From Lama guanicoe (taxonomy: Eukaryota), in the NCBI GenBank assembly GCA_013239625.1, contig MU053365.1, forward strand, positions 1,150,115-1,214,114: a DNA stretch of 64,000 nucleotides, in the 5' to 3' direction. Below the pieces are notes generated by a model. It saw only the letters and a program-made list of their open reading frames with translations, had not been told where the DNA came from and did not search any database. Every line of letters starts with the position of its first letter. Within the stretch, counting starts at the first letter, position 1. A program made the position numbers and the translations under genes. Below, piece by piece: positions 55,761 to 64,000 of the stretch.

Positions 55761-56557
55761 TTGATACACTATTAATTTCTCTTGGTAAATAAAAGCCAAA
55801 ACATTATCATTGTTGACCACCTTCAGAGTTCAGTAAAATCCTAAGATCGCAACCACATCTACACTTTGTCTAAGGAGTTTATACATACTTTAGAATCTTG
55901 ACTGGCCTGTCTGAAAACAGCTGTTTATTAGCATTCAAAAAATTCAGTCAAGAGACTTGTCTTCCCCAATGAAATGTTAACGTCTATACTACTGATGCCT
56001 TCGTATAGCTAATGTTCCTAGGCCTCAAAGTATCTTTATTTACTCAGCTAGCAGAAGAATGCAGAGAAGATCAGTTACTGCTATTAATGACCATAAACAT
56101 ATGAAACAGATAAAAAATGTTAATGGGCAAACAATTATTTCCAATAAAATATACTAGACAACTAAAACCATCAATTTTAGATTTAATATTACAAAACTCA
56201 CATCTACTTTCCCAATACCCATGAACCCATTCATTTTTATCTTTTAATATTTACAAATATTTCTATCTAAACTCTCAGTTACTAATACAGAAGAATCTGG
56301 TATCTTTCTTCACATTCAAGGGGGCTGAGATGTAAGGATCAAGATTATACAAAAGAGATCTCTGAGGTCATTAGCAGGAACAGCCATCCCACTGGTTTAA
56401 TACTGCGCTGTTCAGGAACTTCCTGGTCAATAACATGAAGATCCATTCCTGAAAAACACTCAAACTAGACTTAAAATTTTTTTAATGAGGAGTAAAAAGA
56501 AAAATTAGCATAAAATATTAAAGAACCTAACTATTCAAATTTTATCAAGACACTTAC

Positions 56558-56610
56558 TTGTTTTCAAATGCCACTGTTATTGAATCTTCATGAACATCCT
56601 TTACAAATGC
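56558..56610 (-). CDS. FMR1: FMR1 (FMRP) exon 2, 53 nt
   Basis: Minus strand reads AFVKDVHEDSITVAFEN; tag|GCA acceptor and AA|gtaagt donor; length matches FMR1 exon 2. Confidence 0.97.
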
Positions 56611-58189
56611 CTATAAGAAAAATATCACAGTTAAATTAACTTCTAACCTTAAATGTCATTTTTGTTTTTAGTTACATTTTACAGAGATACCGAACATTTT
56701 ATGTTTAAGAACAGAATGGAGCTTGAAAGGAAAGTCTGGCAGTTTGTGAAGATCACTCATTCATGAATCATATCTATATTTAGATACCTACTATGTGCTA
56801 GGCCCTAGAAATACTGATTAGTTAAAAATAAAACAAGAAAAAACTGCTCAGAGTTCAGCATCTAATAAGAAAAGGAGAGAAAAGTAAATTGAAAATTACA
56901 ATGCAAGTGGTGAGCGCAAAGCTGGAGGTACACTTCAGGCTAGAATTAACAGAAATAAGAAACTTGTTCCAGAGCTATATGCCACCTAGTATAAATCTGT
57001 TGTAACCTACGTTTTTCTTCATAATAAAATTTTAGAATACAATCATAAATAACTAAATATAATCTCAAATCTATGTATACACAAGTACACTAAATTCTCT
57101 CCAACAATATGCTGCTAATACCACTAAAAAGTCCAATTACCAGAGTTTAATTAAATTCTCAATCTCATAGGCACTTGGAGAGCAAAACAGTAATATGAAG
57201 TACAGAGGTTTAAATCTTTTAAATCTGATGATGCAATTGCTAGTAATCTGCAGAACGACACAACAAAAGTAATAGCTAACTAATTATCAAGAATTCTTTA
57301 ATCAGCATGCTGTCTGTAATTCTATAAAATTAAGTTTTTAATAGGTGCAGAAAAGGAGGTTTTGTTTTTGACAATTAGAGAAGTAGGATAAAGCATAAAG
57401 AAACTCAAGGGGCTTTATATCTTGATTCATTTTAAAATGGCTTGAGAGATTTAAGCTTCTTACTCAAATTTGTTCTGTACATGTTTCTGTCTTTCCGTGG
57501 CTTCTCCCTATCTGCAGGATTACGGTCAAACTACTCTGGCTGTAAAAGGCCCTTCGTGACCCGTCCTGCTGCCGACTTCTCCCAGCTTCATCTTTCACAT
57601 CCTTGGAGGTTGTGATTCAGCAGTGCTAAACTACTTGGGCCTCTCTCTGTACATGCTGCTATTCCTCCTTTCCTCTTGTCCTTCCCTTCTTTTCACCTAG
57701 CTATCTCTTAACGGTCTTTTAGGTTTCAGTTCAGATGTCACCTCCTATGGGGAAACCCAGAACACCAGGTTCAATTTGGTCCTCTGCATTCTTACAGCAT
57801 CCTATGCACATCCCTGCTATAAACTTACCCCACTACGTTATTATCGCCCATTTTCTTAGACAGTAAGCTTCCTGAGGGTGGGCAACATAGGTCCTATTTT
57901 ATTTACTGTTGGACTTCAGAATATCTACTGAGAACTCAATGAACAGATGTTATCATGGACCATTGCCTAAGGGGTTCCTATCCTAGCCTGGGAGGAAAGG
58001 TATGTGTACTGTGAGGGGGGGTGGTATGTTGATCAGGGAAGACAAACTGAAAAGGGTGAGGTTCCTATCCAGCTTAGGGAGTGAAGGACAGGGAGGAAAG
58101 ACACGCCTAATGGGCAGCATAAACAAAAGCTTAAGACCTGGAGAAACAGCTTGGGGTGTGGTAGAAAGAAAGTCTTTGTGGACATGGAA

Positions 58190-58400
58190 GCCAAGACAAT
58201 TCAGTGGAGAAAAAAAAAAGGGTTTTCAACAAATGGTGCTGGGAAAACTGGATATCCACATGCAAAAGAATAAATTTTGGCCTTACCTTATACCATATAT
58301 AAAAATCAACTAAAAATGCATCACAGACCTAAATGTAAGAGCTAGAACTATAAGACTCTTACAAAGAAACTATAGCAGTAAATCCTCATGACTTTGGATA
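58190..58400 (+). mobile_element. LINE1 ORF2 fragment
   Basis: ttcaacaaatggtgctgggaaaactggatatccacatgcaaaagaat (NKWCWENWISTCKR). Confidence 0.85.
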
Positions 58401-58687
58401 CTAGGAAGATAATCAGTTCAGACTAAGACCATTCTTTAGGTTCTGTATCTTCAGTAACTGGCACAATTTCTGGTATATAGTAGGTACCCAATAAATGTGT
58501 TAAATAAACAAATGATTCAATGCAAATGTCTTGGTAAGCAACAACATATTTAAAGGCCAGAGTTAAAGCATTTTTTTAAAAACCGCAATTTCTCAAAATA
58601 CCAAATTAAAACAGATCAGTAAAGTATTAATTAGTTGTTCTTTAAGAAAAACAATGGCAAACAAGGCAGGGCCCTGTAAAGCATTTA

Positions 58688-58996
58688 CAGTTGACCCCTG
58701 AACAACACAGGTTTGAACTGTGAGGATCCACTTCCAAGCAGATTTTTTTTTTCAATAAACATAGTACCTATGTTTTCAATTTACAGACCTTTAAATTCAC
58801 GAAGTTCTAATCGATCAATTAGAGATCACAATACATGGAATCAAAGGAACGAGGAGTCTGAGTTCTGAGTCTATCCAAACGGTTTCATCTTCCTGCCTTT
58901 GGGTGAGCCTGTATCAATTTCTTTGTTTCTGAGGCAGATTGTGTGGAGAAGGGGGAGTTGGCATCCCTAAGCCTCGGTGTGTTCAAGGGTCGACTG
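58688..58996. mobile_element. Tigger2-like MITE
   Basis: TIRs cagttgacccctgaacaac and gtgttcaagggtcgactg, flanked by TA. Confidence 0.88.
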
Positions 58997-59594
58997 TACA
59001 TGGAAGCTAAACAAAGATACATAACTTCTGCAATTATGCTTAAAAGAATAAAAGCAAAGCTATGCTGAAAAAAAGTTTCCTTGTAAGATCAAGGTGGACT
59101 ATAATTGAATCCAGGTGTTCTGCTATACCCAAGCTGGCTAAATTATTATTTCTAAGTCAAGCATGTGTATGTATCTTTATTGTTGTTGGTTTAAATGAGG
59201 GGGAGGGGATCCACATTTTCTTCCTATCATTTTGATCTTTCTTAGTTCTCCTCAGCTATATTTAAATCACACATATTCTCTACAGAATATTTCGAGAACT
59301 CTAGTTCCCCTGTCTTTACATGGTGGCTAATACGAAACCAACAATCTGCTTTTTGAGGGTGGGACTCCTATTCGAAGCTAATCCCTTATTTACCAAAAAA
59401 TGTCATTGCTTCTGTCTTCATCCTTGTCTACAGTTTTATGTTTGCACAAGTAATTAATACTAGTTCCTTACTGTTTACTACATGCTGAAAATATTAAATC
59501 CTTTAGTCTACTAAGAGAACCTTGTCACAGGTGGGTGAAGAACTGTTCTCACTAAATCTGGTATCCTTCCAATACTACTGTCCTTGTCTAAAAC

Positions 59595-59803
59595 TGTGCT
59601 GCTGTTCACCAGAGAGGCTGCTGGCCATATCTGAATATTTATATCTCATTAATTACAATTAAATAAGATTTAAACATCAGTCTCTCAGTCATACTTGCCA
59701 CATTTCAAGTGCTCAGTAGTCACACGTGACTTAGTCCCTACTGTAGCGGACAGCACAGGCAGAGACCACGTCTGTCATCACAGAAAGTTCCAATGGACAG
59801 TGT
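59595..59803 (+). mobile_element. hAT MER3-like DNA transposon; a related antisense copy lies at about 14255-14478
   Basis: gccacatttcaagtgctcagtagtcacacgtg...ggacagcacag...catcacagaaagttc.a.tggacagtg. Confidence 0.7.
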
Positions 59804-62154
59804 TGATTTCAAACATTCACAAATGTTGGGGACTGTTTTCAAATTTACCTTGAAAGCACTCTAAAATGTAGTCTTATTACTTCACTGCTCTACTTTAATT
59901 TTTTTCTATTTGCCAAAAACTTATTGCACAGTTTAATCATACTCATTTACCACACTTGCCTATTTCCTCAAATTAAGCACTCCTTCAAAGGAGGAAGATC
60001 TGCAACTGTTGTGACTATTAAAAAAAAAAAAGCTTTCAAATGCTCTGAAAGCAGTTCCGGATGTAGAGTGTCAGAAATGGTTTGAGTAATCATCACAGCC
60101 TCACCAGGGCCATTGCCTTCAAGTTAATGAGGCTTATCTGTATATGAATGTTTGCATGACTATTCCAAAACCAGTCATTTTTAGTCACTGTTTGCATATT
60201 AAGTGAATACAGCAGGCATATAATATCATCTTGTTGCTGCTGTAATAAGTGGAATAAAAGAAACTCACAGGTTGCCTCTGGCCTGCACTCTCACCAAGGA
60301 CAAAGTCCTCCTGTGACTTCTAAGGCCTTTTGCTAAACCCTCACTTCCAACAAAGGTCCTGTCTTGCTGCTTCTCATCATACTTTCTCCAATAACCCTTC
60401 TTTTTGGCCCTGACCCTCCCTTATGCCACCACTCATACCCTTTCTTCCCCTGGCCATGCCCAGAACACTATCACCTCACCCACCACCAACTTGGGAAACT
60501 ACATTTTGTTGTGATCTCTACTTGTCTACATGAAGCAAAGTCGATGAGAAGATAGGTCAGGGGTTTCCTGAGAGGTTACCAAAGAAGGCAACTGAATAGG
60601 TTTGAATGAATACATGGAGGGAGCTGCGTGGGACTGGATGAGAGCTAGGTTCAAAATTTTGGTTCTATGACATAAGTGGTCTCTGGGCCTCAGATTCCTT
60701 GTCTGCAAGTAAAGAATGGATACAGGGGAACTGGACTTGCCATCTAAAGTGGCTGTGAATAATGAAATCACACATGTCTAGTGCCTAGCACAATGCGTGG
60801 CACAAAGATGGCAGTAAACAAATGAGAGGTAAAGCAGAGAGGGGTATATTTTTTGAAAGATGCAGAATCATAAGCACTCTTGCATTTGAAAAGTTGTATC
60901 TCAACAAAAGCATACTTAAAAAAGATTTAAAAATTAGGATAGAAAAAGAGGAAGCTGTTTCCTCAAAGATACTAAATACTAAAAGGTTATGCAGACTGTG
61001 AGAAGGAAAAAAAAGTGATGAAAATCTTTGGGGTTTGAAAAAGGTGCTAAAGGTACAGTTAAAGACAGACAAAGTCTCCTTATCAGGAGGAATAAACAGG
61101 AAATCAAAAAATCATTATGGGATCCCCCAACTCATTGGCAACTGGGCCACAGGGGCAATCACAAAATACTGCAGTGTGTAATGAATAGAGATGTCCAATT
61201 CAAACATTACATTACCAGGAATGATGAAACTAAAAGAAAGTCCATCTCTATTTGGGTGAACTCTTACTCCCCCACTATGTCTCACCCCTTGACGCAGCAA
61301 ACTCTCTCACAAATGAGAGGTGACTGTGCAGAGAAATTTCTGTGTAAGGCCCTGACCACCAATGAACAACTACTGCATTATTACTGAAGACAGTACATGT
61401 AGTACAATGATAATTCTAATTAGAGAAAACTTAGAGCATTGCAAAATATCCCTCTTAAAGAAAATCTGTAGGAGATAGATGATAAGGACATATGAAATGT
61501 GATAAAATATGATTCAAACCCAAGGCTTCAAATAAAAAGCAAGTTATTGCTTTGCCACCCTTTGTATATGGGCACTAAGAATGTATGGGAATGAACGGAA
61601 AGGGAAAAGTAAAATAAACCTTATCAACAACCGTTCCAACCACAGTGCATGTCCAGGAATATTTGACTTCACTTGGGCATTTACCACAAATTTTGAGAAA
61701 AATGCATTCTTTCTGGTTCACAATGACCCAAAGACAACACACAAGTACAGAGAGAATAGTGTTGAATGAGTTATTAATCTTCCTTGTGTATGTATTCTAA
61801 CTTTTGAATATTTCAGTTCTTATGTGTTCCCAGTGTAATAAAAGCAAACTTCACAGCAGTAACAAAGATATCTAACTTTATCTTTCATTGATAAGCATTC
61901 ATTTGAAGAAGTACAGGGTAATATGCCAGGGTGCAAAAGTTAATAAAAAGGAAGCCGATACATAAGCTGAATATTTCATGACATCTCTGTATCATCAGTT
62001 TAAAAAAAAGGTAATATCGCCTTGCAACTGTACTTACAGAATGTTAAGGCAATGTTATAGTAACAAATACAATCAAAGATTACAATGAAATTTTAAAAAT
62101 CGGCAGGAAATCATACACAATTCATTTCTTCAAGATAAATTTCATCATTTCAAG

Positions 62155-62370
62155 TAATCAGACTACCTGATCTCAAATCTGAGATCTGACCCTTACTAGC
62201 TCTGACACTTAGTAAGTCACTTATCTCATCTCTGTATACATCTATGTCCTCATCTATAAAATGGGAATAACAATAGTACCTCAGGGTTGTGGGAGATGAT
62301 TAAATAAATTAACAGAGGTAAAGTACCTGAACAGTCCCTGGCACCTAGAAAGCTCTCAGCACCTATCAAC
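62155..62370 (+). mobile_element. MIR SINE in FMR1 intron 1; another lies at about 60630-60810
   Basis: cttactagctctgac...aagtcactt...cctcatctataaaatgggaataacaatagtacctcagggttgt. Confidence 0.8.
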
Positions 62371-64000
62371 AGTTATCATAACCACAGTCATCTCAGGCGG
62401 TACATTCTCATAGTGGGCAGGAATCAGAAAACCCAATTATTATACCACTGAATTTTGCATTTAATTAATAATTTGGAGGTTTTCAAAGTGCATGAGTACA
62501 AAGCCGAAAAATGCTCAGTTCAAAAGGAGAATAATGATGCTTTCACAAAGATACTAAACACTAGAAAGGTTATTTAGCCTGGGAAGAAAAAAATGTGGTT
62601 GACCCGAATAATTTACTTCCTCGAAGTAAAGAATAACACCTGTATGCAAAGTTAGATCTAGAGACTTCAGAGAATATGTGAATAGTGCTTTATCCGTTTA
62701 TTTGTGGGTAAAACTGATTTCTTACAGGCTATGTAGCTGACATGTTGGGCCACTAACGTCTTCATTAAAAAAAAACTTCCTTGATTGTACATTTCCCTAC
62801 AATAGGACCTTATTTCAACAGTATTTGCTTAGGAAATGCTTTGTAAAAATGTTGTGAGGTATAATTCAAGTGTCATCATGTCTTAAATAACATAAGGCTC
62901 TGTAAGTTGTACATGTGACTAACTTTTTCTAAGTCAAAGAAATTCCTAAGCACACAAGTAGTGGCTCTGACAGTTACTAAACGTAACTTGCAAGTTTTTC
63001 AGAATAAACACCAGAGGGAAAAATAGAAATAAGCTGTTACAATCTTAGGGTTTAGGTTTCACCATTCTGTTAATTCTGAATCCTAAGTTTGAGTTAATGT
63101 TTTAGAGAAAACAATCCAATTGTTACCAGTTTACACTCTACCCAGTCTATACTGCAAATCTGGACCATGTGCTCAGAAGATGGAGAATTGTACCTTGCAA
63201 CATGGGGTTCTGTTAGGCAAATCAAAGTCTGAATTCAATTATACTGAAGCCATCTGAGTTGTTTAGTTTTTAAAGGCTTTACAATCTGATGAACCCAGGT
63301 TCCTAATTTTCTCATAAATGTAACATTTCTCCGTAACAGTTCATTTTTATTGGTCTTTATTTCCACTCCTTTCTGCCCTTCCCACTGGACAGGCAACTCA
63401 GTTTACTTTTACTTCTACTTTACTTTTATGACTCGTATCAATATTGTGAGCTGTATAAAAATTTAAACCTTTTCATTATAGAAACCATTTTTCCACCAAT
63501 ACAGACTATTTGAGGCTTTCTTAAAATAAACCTTAATTAAAAAAACATAATAGCAATTTCTCTGCACACGGTTGTTCATGTTTCACATTTCCCCTCAAGG
63601 AACTAAGGGACAACACATTCCTTTTATTCACCTTCGAAGTAAACAACTTTGTTAAAAAACAAAAATAGGGGGGATTAAGAAGAGAGATAGAGGGCATTTC
63701 TTATATTTCAATAAGTTTGCAAGCCAAATCATGGGAGCAAATCATAGATTGCTGGAATGGAACAATGACTCCTTCAAGACCAGGATGTGCTACTTGCCCT
63801 CTATAGCAAACAAACTCCACTAAAAAAGTAAGAGTGGCATCCTGTCTAAGCTAGTATCACAAATTAGCACACTGCTCAACCATTAGCCCCTGCTCATATT
63901 TGTTACATTTAGTGCCACAAATCTAGCAAGCAAAACTACCAATCTAGGAAACAATGACTCTACACAAACCAGAAGAAATTAGAGAACAATTTTATACAAA

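Noticed and set aside
56611..64000. FMR1 exon 1, CGG repeat and promoter
   Set aside because: No CpG island, CGG tract or MEELVVEVRGS coding sequence is in the window; intron 1 runs off the right edge.

Overview
Mammalian genomic DNA, most likely a camelid judging by a Vic-1-type SINE. It is syntenic with the human X-linked FMR1-FMR1NB locus, and both genes lie on the minus strand. FMR1 exons 2-17 are all present with canonical AG/GT boundaries (56610 down to the stop at 31273), followed by a 3' UTR to about 28960. Exons 2-17 total 1848 coding nt; with a human-sized 51-nt exon 1 this gives 1899 nt, the length of 632-aa FMRP. FMR1 exon 1 and the CGG repeat lie beyond the right edge. About 15 kb downstream are FMR1NB exon 1, in a CpG island (13576-13885), and exon 2 (2861-2980). 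The rest is intronic or intergenic: LINE1, L2 and MIR fragments, LTRs, DNA transposons and a decayed ERVL-type provirus (about 20.6-26.5 kb). I see no convincing wholly new system. The best leads are: a candidate 11-nt microexon in FMR1 intron 16 that would switch FMRP into its alternative C-terminal frame; a duplicated intron-3 module carrying a candidate poison exon; an exact 31-nt copy of exon 15 inside intron 14; and a 21-bp tandem E-box array at the FMR1NB promoter. Repeat family names are from recall, not from a database search.
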